A stretch of 64,000 nucleotides of DNA from Adineta vaga (Eukaryota; Animalia; Rotifera), in the NCBI GenBank assembly GCA_021613535.1, contig CP075497.1, positions 7,192,001 through 7,256,000 of the forward strand, given 5' to 3'. Below, one piece after another: positions 39,765 to 51,415 of the stretch. The position numbers and the translations under genes are program-made. Numbering within the stretch: position 1 is the first letter of the stretch; each line of letters opens with the position of its first letter. Below the pieces are notes generated by a model. That model had not been told where the DNA came from and searched no databases. It saw only the letters and a program-made list of their open reading frames with translations.

Positions 39765-41051
39765 ATGGGTACCAATTCATCATCATCATCAAATAGTACA
39801 TTATCAAATCCGAGTCAAGCCCAAATCGATGCTCAAGTTAGTTCATTTCTTGATACTGCCAAATCAGATTTCGATCATCGTTTTGCTCAACCATCAAAAC
39901 AAACTGCAAAATTAGAAGAATTCAATTTACAACGTACTGTCGGCACAGGTTCATTTGGTCGGGTGATGATTACACAACATGGTACGCAAACACTTGCATT
40001 GAAAATTATGGAAAAACAAACGATCGTGAAATTAAAACAAATTGAACATACATTGTCAGAAAAACGAATTTTACAAGCAATCAAATTTCCATTTCTTGTT
40101 AATTTAGTTTATACGTTTAAAGATAATTCTCATCTTTATCTAGCATTAGAATTTGCTAGTGGAGGAGAAATGTTTACACATCTTCGGTAAGAAAATGAAA
40201 AAGAAAAAGTTTTCATCTTATACTTCTCCTTCTTCTTTTGTAATTATTTACAGAAGTGTTGGAAAATACCCTGAAGATCAAACACGTTTCTATGCAGCCC
40301 AAGTTGCATTAGCATTCGAATATTTACATTATCTAAGTATATTAAATGCTTGTTTTGAGAAGAAAAATAATCGAATGTTTTTCTTTATTCTTCTAGGTAT
40401 TATTTATCGAGATTTAAAGCCTGAAAATATTTTATTCTCCGCCGATGGTTACTTAAAAATAACTGATTTTGGCTTTGCTAAAGTTGTGCGTGATCGAACA
40501 TATACATTATGTGGAACACCTGAGGTAAAGATACTTTTTCAAAGAGAAAAATTTCTATTTTTAATTATTATAGTATATTGCTCCGGAAATTATTATGTCA
40601 CGTGGTTATAATAAAAGTGTTGATTATTGGGCATTAGGAATATTAATATTTGAAATGGCAGCAGTAAGATTCGAGAAAAAATTAATAAGTTTAGTCATTT
40701 TTTTTATAGGGTTATCCACCATTTTATGCTGATCAACCGATTCAAATTTATGAAAAAATTGTTCAAGGAAAATTTAAATGTCCATCACATTTTTCATCGG
40801 ATTTGAAAGATTTATTGAAGAATTTACTTCAACTTGACCTAACTAAACGTTATGGTAATTTAAAGAATGGTACAAAAGATATAAAATATCACAAATGGTT
40901 TGGAAATACTAATTGGATTGCTATTTTTGAAAAACGTGTTAAAGCGCCATATATACCAAAAGCAGATAAAGATCATTATGAAAAGTACGATGAAAAGCCT
41001 TTGACACATGCAGCCAATGAACTTTTTCCAGTTGAATTTGACAGTTTTTAA
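39765..41051 (+). CDS. cAMP-dependent protein kinase catalytic subunit
   Basis: 5 exons; MG start, [68 protein letters not shown], terminal FDSF. Confidence 0.96.
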
Positions 41052-41660
41052 TAGAAAAAGATTTTTTTTTGTATATTATCAGTATGGAGATGACTGTTTG
41101 ACGAAATGGAAACTTATTTTTGATATTCAGATTAAATATTATTCAGTTCAAGTACATCATCCTTTCCATACTCAATTGTCAGAAGTCATTCTAATTTTTA
41201 TCAAAAACAAAAAGAAACCGTTGCTAAGTGTCCCTTCCTTTTTGTTTATTAGAAAAAGCAATCCAATTATTAATTGCATATGAAATTACGTTCCAAGTAT
41301 GCAATAATTCACTGATCTAGTTATCAACTAATTTTAAAAACGAAGATTTAATTATTGTTGAAGTATAATCTTAATAGAAGTACACTTTAGAATATAATCT
41401 GAAGAAGATCGTTCCAAATCAAATCTACGTTAATTAGACTTTCGAAGTAGCTTCGAAAATAATGAAGGATATATGATATATATATATGCTAAATAAATAA
41501 TCGATATGGAAGATGAAATTCTCCTGCGAAATAGGATCATTTCTTCAAAAAATATCGAATTATATACAAAAGCTCAACGGAAGTATCATGGAATACGCAT
41601 CTAAGAGAAAGTTTTTTTGTTTGAACTCATTTATTTAACATCAAGAGAAAAACATGATAA

Positions 41661-42769
41661 TTATTTTCCTAAAGTACATTTAAATAATTTTTTATTCGTT
41701 TGACTAAATTTCCAATATTTTTCAAATAAGATTCGATAATAATATGGAATGGTTTCTTTGTCTTTCTCATTTTTAATTGTAACGATTTTTTCCATCATTG
41801 AACAAAATTTTCCAAGTTCTTTTTTCTCTTGAGATTGAATATTATCAATTAGATCTTCTTTAACAATGCGTTTTAAATGTCCTAATAAATTAATCGGTTG
41901 TTTGAGAAAATTACTTGTACTAGTAAAATGTCCATGTTTACCATTGAAATGTGCACCACCAAAATCGATTAAATTTACTTTATTCTTATGTCGACGATCG
42001 ATTAGAATGTTTCTTTCATGCATATCATCATGTGATAGACCGATTTGATCAAGATTACATACAATAGCCGCTGTTTGACATGAGATAAACAGAAGATCTT
42101 TTGAAGATAATTGATCGATTATTTTCGATAATTCTTCGTAACCTTCGAGATATTCCATAGAAAGTATTCGATAAGAAGATGTTTCCAAATAAGAAACATA
42201 TTTTGGAATAGATGGAATTTCATATTCAGTTAGAAGACGAAGTGCAACAGCTTCACGTAAACTTCGTTCAGTACCTTGATTTTCAATTAATGATTTAAGA
42301 TCGATACGATTGTATCGACCAGCAATGTTGAAAGAAACAATATCAAGTTTAGTCGGCAATTTGATGAATTTAATTGCTAGAGGAAAACTTACAGAATTCG
42401 ATTGACCACGTACTACTAGTCCGTAAGTACCAGCACCAATTAAGGATTGACGATCAACATTCACACAAGTTAAAGCTGGATTTGATAAACATGATTGAGT
42501 TTTTATTGTAAGACTATTCTTCTTTAAAAGATCTAGTTCTTCCGATGTGATTGCATATTCAAGATTTTTTTCCGAACATGATGATCCCAAATTTTTTTTC
42601 GTTGATTTGGTGCAATATTTTATATCATCAGCTAGATCAACTCAAATATTTACATATAATAAAGAGAAATCATTCGTTACTTACATTTGATCTTGCCGAT
42701 ATCACTTGACACTTTGTTAACAAACAGGTGTAAAAAACAAAATAAAAAATATACATTAGGCAACAACAT
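41661..42769 (-). CDS. Atypical protein kinase-like protein with hydrophobic N-terminus
   Basis: Exon 1 (ATG 42769, or 42823) joins in frame via intron 42684-42632 to the kinase exon. GAGTYG, AIK, alphaC Glu (LRE), HDDMHERN, DFG; no recognisable APE. Confidence 0.75.
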
Positions 42770-43611
42770 TCTTGTCGTAACTAGTAGAATTATAGCAAGA
42801 AAGAAATAATAATTTTGCCTCATCTGAGAGAATATATATATCGCTAGATAACGAACATCTGTATCTGGAGAATAGGAAAACATTAGTGATACTAAAATAG
42901 CATTGATCTATAGAGAATATTCATGATGCAGAAGATTGTTGTGCATGAGGACGATGGAAAAGCTTATCGACGTATGGATATGATCAGATAACCTCTTTTG
43001 CAAAAATAATATATAGCATCGCGTCTTCTATACAAGAAACAAATGATGTCGAATAATCTAGATCAGATTTCACATGTCTCTTGAAAATATGCATCAGCAC
43101 GTTTAACCAAAATAGAACTTGATTACTGACTGTTATATTTTATAAAATTTTGTTTCCATGTATCGAATGAGGATTGCTCATTTTTGCGATAATCTCTTCT
43201 ATTTCTCTAAATACAAATACACAGTTATTTGATAATGAGAAACAGTTGTCGTTACGAAAATACAATGTCAAGACATTATCAACTATTCTATGTTGATCTT
43301 TGCACTGGAATATTATCAAATATCTTCATAACTTTCAACTCCATTACTGCTAAATTAATACAAAAAATAGATTCTGTTCGTACTTTTTTTTACGTTATAT
43401 GGGATATATTGAGATATGACGAAATTGTTCATTGCACTATGCTTTCTTTGTATATTCATATATATGAGAATTTTAATTGAAAACTTGATATTTTTAATCT
43501 ATATCTCTTAGTTCACATATAATTGTAATATTTATGTCGCAGACAAAAGTATAACGGCGAAATAAATCATACTATTCGATGAAACAAAGTGAAAATAATT
43601 CTTTTTTTATG

Positions 43612-43752
43612 AGTGGTGTCACGTATCCCGTGGATCGGGGATGTACCCTCATCTCCTGCGGGAGATGAGTCCGTATGCATCGGGAGATGCAGTTTATCTC
43701 CCGCAAGGAGATGAGGCTGCATCCCGATTCTGCCGGATTATGTGACACTGCT
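43612..43752. mobile_element. GC-rich foldback MITE-like element
   Basis: Nearly the whole element is an imperfect palindrome: ends gtgtcacgtatcc / ggattatgtgacac; inner arms cctcatctcctgcgggagat / atctcccgcaaggagatgagg. Confidence 0.7.
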
Positions 43753-44126
43753 GCTAAACTAAATAATATTTTTTTCGTTTAGATAAATCGTTCTTTAAAT
43801 ATTCTTGGTTTTGTTTCAGCTGATGATTGTTCAATTGAAATTCGATATTTTGTTTTAATTCATCATTTAAATGATAATAATATATAATTTTCTTTTGTTA
43901 TGATTTAACAAGTTTACGTTATCGATGTGATGCTAGCACGACGGAGCTAGCATGATGAAGTGCTATATGATGTCATATTAATAATTGTTTGTTTAATTTA
44001 TTACATTAATATTGGAATAATTCGTTCGATACAGTCTTTAAGTACGAACAATTAGAGTGAAAATGATACATTCATGTTTATCGATACTTTTTCCTCTTTT
44101 AGATTTCTCTATGACAAACACTCGTT

Positions 44127-44227
44127 TAGTGGCGTAACCACAAATGATCATCCTGCATAAGTTTCAACTCGGACCCAAGCTCTAAAGCAGAGATCAAATA
44201 CCCCATAAAATCCTGGTTACGCCACTA
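44127..44227. mobile_element. 101 bp MITE-like element with perfect 14 bp terminal inverted repeats
   Basis: tagtggcgtaacca (44127-44140) and tggttacgccacta (44214-44227); gtt directly flanks both sides. Confidence 0.75.
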
Positions 44228-44740
44228 GTTTTGACATATGCACTTATTTTAATCAAATAAATCCGTAGGTCCAAATCTCAACCGATAATCAACATTTACA
44301 AATGTCACATCCAGTGATCCTATTCCGTAAAAAGATGCTTGTGTCTTAAATATGCAATTCTATATAGACGATGAAGATATTGTTCGTTACTTAATTAATG
44401 AGCAGAATTTCGACATTTGATTCAATAATAATTCATCTACTGTTAGAAACCCACTGTTCATCATATTCATCTATGTGTCATGAAATAATGCAAAAATCGA
44501 AAAAGAGAATTTTATATCTGCTTCACAATGATCACAATCAATTTCAATCATTATATGACCAAATTCAAAAAGAACTTTAAAAAATTTATTTTTTTTAAAG
44601 TTTTTTATTAAAAGACGTAATCATGAAAAAGAATGTTTTACCTAACAATAAAGTTTAACAAATGAAGCAACTACTTAGAGTAATGCAATATATAAAAAAA
44701 AGGAAGAGAAACGGAAGAACAATAAAAGAAAAGAAACTAA

Positions 44741-45391
44741 CCCCCCCCCCTCCCCCAAAATAAAAGCCCACTATCTGTGTTATAATTTTCCAGCTATAAT
44801 AGAAGCCCACCTAATCAGAAATTGTAAAAAATGTGTTTATCATTCTTATAAAATTGTGTTCAAGTTTTTTTTATGTAGTAATAGTAAAGACAACGGGGGC
44901 AAAGCGGATCCTCATAGATCCTAGGATTCAGTAGGATCTACAGTGATCTGTGAGGATTCATCAGGATCTATAAAGAGACAACTCACTCGAACTTTGTTTT
45001 TCAACTAAATAATTGAATTAACCATACAATTATCGGTGATAAATACAAAGTAAACGGAAGATGATGAAAACTGAACGAATTTCACTATATTTAGCTATTT
45101 TATCCAATAAATTCAAGGGAGAGAAAACCAAAGTATGAATCACATAAAGTTTACGAATATTGATGGATCCTTATGGATTCTCATAGCTCGTAGGATTCGT
45201 TAGGATCCACTTTTTTTTCGAATCGTAGGATCTATGAGAATCCGAGGATCCATGATCCGCTTTTTCTTCCTTGCAGATTGTTGTAGAGAAGCGAAAAAAT
45301 GGTACCTTAATATAAGCTCACTTTTAGACTTATATTTTTCCGGACATATTAGAAGCCCAGAGGGCTTTTATTCTGAGGGGGAGGATTTACA
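44741..45391. mobile_element. Degenerate non-autonomous DNA element with inverted ends, containing a nested insertion
   Basis: Left end cctcccccaaaataaaagccc is inverse to right end gggcttttattctgagggggagg; internal tagaagccc repeats. Confidence 0.55.
44891..45273. mobile_element. MITE-like element rich in GGATCC/GGATTC subterminal repeats (nested)
   Basis: aaagcggatc (44901-44910) is inverse to gatccgcttt (45254-45263); ctcatagatccta is inverse to taggatctatgag; clusters of ggat(c/t)c at both ends. Confidence 0.65.
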
Positions 45392-45898
45392 TTGAATCTG
45401 ACTCAATCTAATACTTACATCATTTGTTTTTTTATTTTTTTAAGCAGCTTATAAAATCAGATGTAGATGATCGAGATCAATCGTGATGCAACATTGATTT
45501 TTCTTAAATTATTCTTTCAGAAAAGGGTCAGCGAATCCAAAGGATGAGCGGTACTTGTGATATAGCGAGAACCAATGAAATCAATTTTTTAAATCAATTA
45601 ATTTGATTTATTTATTCTTTTTGTCTATGCCTATAAGGCATTGAAATTGAAAATGAAATAACACTTTCTCCTTATTCTCTTCCTTCCTTCCTTTCCTTAT
45701 TCGATTCCATAACCATAACAATGCTCCTCTTTCTATGAAGCAAATACATTTTCAATGCATCTATGCACTTAACATCAATCTGCCATGTCAATGGTCGATA
45801 CCCTTACAACGACTATTCGTAATATTGCTATCTTACTTAATATTGTTGAAATTTGTTTTCCATTGTTATTTTCTCTTCGTAAATCAACGTCATCAGTC

Positions 45899-48128
45899 AT
45901 GCAAAATAATCCAACAGCTTTTCAAGATGCTGTTGCACGTGCAAGAGAAATAGCACAAAAACTAAGTGCATCAGCACCAAATTCAAATTCATTAAAACGA
46001 CCTAATACAGATGATGATTATTCGAATAAACGTCCAGCATTTACTTCTCCAGGTCAATCATCTGATCTTCCGCCACCTGTCTTGCGTGCTCAACTAATAG
46101 CACAACAGATAAATTCACAATTAGGAGTCAAAACATCAGGTGATTCATCTTCACCACTTTCAAATCAAACGACATTTCAAGAAGATTATAAAATACCGGA
46201 TAAATTCGTTGGTCTTGTTATTGGCAAGGGTGGAGAACAAATAGTTCGACTTCAAGCAGAAAGTGGATGTAAAGTACAAATATGCCAAACACGACCAGAT
46301 CCTGTACCAGGTGGTCCAAATCCACCTGATCGTTTAGCAAATTTATCTGGTACACGAGAAGCTATTGAAAAAGCAAAACGTATCATGGATGATATTATCA
46401 TGAAAGGAAGAATGGCTGATGGTGGTGGATCGGGTAGTAGTAATCCATACTCAATGGGTGGAACAAATGCTAAAACAATTGATGTTATGTTACCATCAGC
46501 TAAATGTGGTCTAGTGATTGGTAAAGGTGGTGAAACTATCAAACGATTATCCGTAATAGATTAACCTAATTTTTAAGATAATGAAATGAAAAACGATTTG
46601 TAAACTTTTTCTTTTAGGAAGAATTTGCTGTTAAAATGTATGTTGTTCAAGATTCTTCAGAGATCGATGGAATTGAACATAAACCCTTGAGAATTATGGG
46701 TGAAGCAGATCGCGTTGAAGTAAGTGAAACTATAAATCATATGAAAATTAGAAAATCAATCGTTTATCTGATAAATTCTAGCGTGCTAAACAATATGTAC
46801 TTGAATCATTATTAAAAGCAGGTGGTATCCCTAATTCAGGAAATCGTTCTGGTGCAAATCAATCAGGTTCCAATTCATTTAATGAATACGGTTCACGAGT
46901 AAATATTTCTCTATTAGATCAATTATTTTTATTTCTAAAAAAAACGATATTTTTCAGTCGGGTGGTGCACCAATGACTGGTCCATGTAATGAGGCCACTT
47001 ATCACGTGCCTTATGAGAAAGCTGGAATCATTATTGGCAAAGGTTTGTATAAAATAATGTTGCTTCATAGACTATAAATGACTTTAGGTGGTGAGAGTAT
47101 CAAAGAAATCAATCGAAAATCGGGTGCTTTTGTTGAACTTGATAAAAGTCATATTCCACCAATTGGTAATTCCTCTGAAAGAGTCTTTAAATTACGTGGT
47201 ACACCTGACCAAATCGCGAAAGCACAACAATTAATGTACGAAAAAGTTATTAATAGTCCTGGTGGTACTGGAGATATGTTGACACCTGTTTTATTCCAAC
47301 AACAATTTAATTTACCATCAAGTGGAGCAAGTTCATCTGATAGTTGGAATGGAAGTAATGATCCATATGGAAATGGTGCAAATAATACTGATCCGTATAG
47401 CCAATGGGCAAATACATACGGACAATGGCCACAGAGTAAGAATAAACGAACGAAAAACAAAGGAAAGAAATCACTATTACTTTTTGTTCTAGTGAATCCA
47501 TATGATCAGAATTCATCAAATAATAATAATGATTCCTCAGCAGCAAATAATTCGTCTGCTATGGCAGGAATGGATCCAGCATGGGCAGCCTATTATCAAT
47601 CTATGAGTTATTATAATATGATGCAATCAAATATGACAGGAAGTGCGTCTTCAGGAACGTCAACTAGTACAACAACAACAAAACCAACAGATTCAACAGC
47701 AAGTACCAGTGATGCAAGTTCCGCGACATCAGGTTTGTTACTTTTCGTTCTTTCATTTTCATATAAATATTTCTATTATAGCAACGAATTCAACTACTGG
47801 ACAACCAGATTTTAGTCAACAATGGATTGAATACTATCGTTCTATGGGACAAAATGAATATGCCGATGAAATCGCTCGACAAATGAAACAAGTAAATAGA
47901 CGACAAGAATTATTTCTTTATTTGCTAATGTTTTCGTTTTCATTTTAGTCCACTTCAACTGCAACTAATTCATCGTCAACAAATTCAGCTGCTGATGCTG
48001 CTCAAGCCACAGCAGCGATGATGTCAGGTGGTCCTGCTTCTTGGGCAGCCTATGCTCAACAATGGGCAAATGCAGCTATGTCGAATTCAACCAATGGTAA
48101 TAATTCCTCCAGTGTATCAACTTCTTAA
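45899..48128 (+). CDS. Far upstream element-binding protein / KHSRP / PSI family KH-domain protein
   Basis: N-terminal AFQDAVARAREIAQK helix, three GxxIGKGG KH domains, and tyrosine motifs AWAAYYQ and GQPDFSQQWIEYYRSMG. Confidence 0.92.
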
Positions 48129-49493
48129 GGTAAGCAAGTAATGTACAATCATCTTTTTCTTTATTTAAACTTGAAAAGAAATGTTTTATACGTTTAAAAG
48201 TCTAATGATGTTTGTAAGTCATCATTGTAAGAAAAATTTCGAAAGTTACTTTGAAGATTCATCTTTTCCCTTTTTTGTTCTTTCATTATTATTATTTATA
48301 GGAATCGAATGATTTATTCTTCTCTTCATCTTTATCTTATACAACAAAATTGATTTACTTATGTTTATGTGTTTTCCTTAGAAGACAATGATTTTTTGCG
48401 TCTTTTTTGTTTTGAAATTATCGACGATCTACATCAAATCTCGTCTGTCTCATCATCATCATCATCATCATCGTCATCATCATCAAATGTTATTTGTATT
48501 TTGTTGTTTTTCTTTTTCTTGCAAACATTACTTGTATAACTGTCGATGTCTTTACTTTATATGATCATTCTGTTCTATTTCTAGCGGAAAAATTATGAGC
48601 CGGTCTCATAATCATTCACAGATACAAATAACAAGAAAAAAGATTCATTTTCTTTCTTTTGTTTTTAGCATTAAATCATTTCGTTTTCTAGCGATAATAG
48701 GAGTTAGGTTTCGACGGGTAACATCATAATTTTCTTATTATTCTCTTCAATATTTTATATAGAATTTACAAAACAACGAAAAAAAACCACAGTCGGTAAG
48801 TTCGATCTATGATAGTAAATCAGTTTTCAGAAACAAGAAAAATGCAACACAAAATCGATTATTGTATTGATGAGATCTTTATATTTTAGCTTTGATATTT
48901 CAATTTAAGTCAAGTTTGAAACGGCACTTTTTACTTCATATATATATTCTGTATATTTCACAAATAATATGTTCGATAAAACTAAATGATTATTTATTTT
49001 TAGTCATTCATTAAAGTTAATCGAAGGAATGGACGGAAGAACGTACGAATATCTTTTGGAATGTAATGAATAGAAAATAATCGAATGATATGTTGTGTTT
49101 TGTTCCTATCTAATGTTGAAAATTTAGAACTAGCATCAGTTTGATTTTACGTGATAATGCATGGCAGAATGGTAAAAACTCTTTTCATATGGCGAGTATT
49201 GCTTGTGACAATACTAAGTCGCACGAGATTTCTTTATATTTATAATAAAAAGTTGTCTAATTTCGACAAAACAAAATCGATAAATCTTTATCCGATATGC
49301 GAATATCAACGTCATGTATGAATTTAAAGACAAGATTCTCAAACATGAGACGTCTCGAAGAAAAAAAACTGAACGATTAATTTTATTAGTTTTAAAACAG
49401 AACCAAAAGAAAATAGCTTATTTCATTCATATATACATACGAAACAAAAAGGAAAGAACGCATACGTCGTCCAACATTCTCACATTAACTTTT

Positions 49494-50767
49494 TCATTCG
49501 ATTGTATGACTATTAGTGATTGCAATACTTTCTCCTTCTACAGCAATGCAACCATTATTTACACTCGCAATATCGATAGCATTTTTTAAATGTATTGCTT
49601 GATCTAATGAAATTCCTCGTTCTATTTCTTTTATCTGTTGATATGTTGGTAAGGTGGTTGTTGATGGTTGTTGAATGTGAGAACCTAATTGATGATGTGA
49701 GAAAATTTATTGCAATTGATGTAATCAAATAATTCATATTCTCATACTTGATGGTAATGATGAAATGGTTGGACGAGCAACAGCAAATTTCACTAAAGGA
49801 CGATTATTAAATTTTGTACCCGGATGTGCAACATGAGGCGGAAGAGTCGCTGTTATCTGTCCTTGTTGTTGTTGCTGTTGATAGACTAGTGCCTGTGCTG
49901 CTAACAATGTTGGTAGAGCAGCTTGAATTTGTTGTGCCTGTGCCTGGAGTACCGATTCTTTAACTCGTTGTTGAATCACTATTAATATGATCAAAAATTA
50001 TCTATTGTTTTTCGAACATTAATTGATAATATACTTGTTGCTAGAAGAGCATTCGTTAACTGATATTGCAATTGAACGGTGGATTGTGCTTGTACCGGTT
50101 GTTGCTGTTGTTGTTGTAAAATAAGTGAATTCATTAATGTTTGAACAACACCTAAATTTGTTTGTGGTTGAGCACTTTGTTGTCGAGCTGCCATTGCTGC
50201 TACAGCTAAATTCTTTGCATGTAATTCTTTTCGATTAGTCGATCCTACATTATGTGTAATTTCAGAAATAGTACTACTTGATGATACTGATTGTAATGGT
50301 TTTGTTGGTTGTTCATCGTTATTTGATGAATTAGAAAATTTCATTTGTTCTGTCTTATTGATTACATTGAACTCTTGAACAACACGAGATAAACGTTGTT
50401 CGCGTATATCAGAGTGCTGCTGTTGCTGCTGATGTCGATGACGTGGTGGTATATTCTCATAATATAATGCATGATTATTGTTTGATGATGAAGATGATTT
50501 GCAATTATACTGTTGTTCATTTTTTGTTTGCCGTCCTTTTCTTACGTGTTGAAATGGTGAAGTATATGAATTACGATATTGATAATATTCATTTAAATAG
50601 AAATCATCATTTGATCGATGATAATCATGATTCCAATAATGGTTTTGATTAAGTAATGATCGTCGATGATATTCATCACGATCAATATAAGCATTCGTAT
50701 TCCGTGATTGATGAGTAGTATTCGTATTGATTCGACGACGTGGTTGTTGTTGTTTTGGTGTTGACAT
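49494..50767 (-). CDS. Uncharacterised Q/N/R-rich low-complexity protein
   Basis: Three exons join in frame via two short GT-AG introns, from MSTPKQQQPRRR to ITNSHTIE*; no domain recognised. Confidence 0.6.
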
Positions 50768-51415
50768 CGATGATATATTTGACGAAGAAGTGAAAAGGTA
50801 ATGACAAGTTAACACCTACACTTGTTGAAAAACCGAGACAATTATTATGAAAAAGTTGCCGCCAAATCTTTACTTAGACAATACGAACTAATTATTTTGG
50901 ATAAAACTTGCACATGACTCTATTTTCTTTATCCATTCGATATACGAACATGTCAACTATCTATGAGAATACTATCACATATTATACCATCCATATGAAT
51001 AGCCTCAGCTATCTTTCGGCGATGTTCAGTGCTTTTTGTTTTTTGACAACCTGTTCTTGGCAGGTTTCGAAAGAATGTTCGACTGGATCAAACTTTTTAG
51101 TTAGGAAAATGATTACAATAGAATTTTATTCTATTCAAACCTCTTTTATCGTTTTAGATTTCAATAAACAGTCACATGACACTTTTGAATTATCCAACTA
51201 AACTTCTAATCCAGTGACCATCGGAAACAGTCATTTTTTATAATCAAACTTACTCATATAAGTCTAATTCAACGACTAAAATATCATCATTTTAAAACAA
51301 ACTCTCCAGAAAAAAAGACATGTTCATCTTTATCTATTCTTTTCTCTTTGTATGTGTAATTATTGAATAATTTTTATATTTGTCAAGAAACAGAAAAACA
51401 ATATACAGTGTAAGA

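Noticed and set aside
42900-44580. Coding-like patches around the MITEs
   Set aside because: Interrupted by stops with no identifiable family, so not supportable even as a named pseudogene.
44901-45263. Spaced GGATCC-like repeats as a CRISPR-like array
   Set aside because: Repeats are short, irregularly spaced and arranged as inverted subterminal clusters in a eukaryotic context with no cas genes.
48130-48301. Likely 3' UTR intron immediately after the FUBP stop codon as an NMD switch
   Set aside because: The junction lies within about 2 nt of the stop, too close to trigger exon-junction-dependent NMD.
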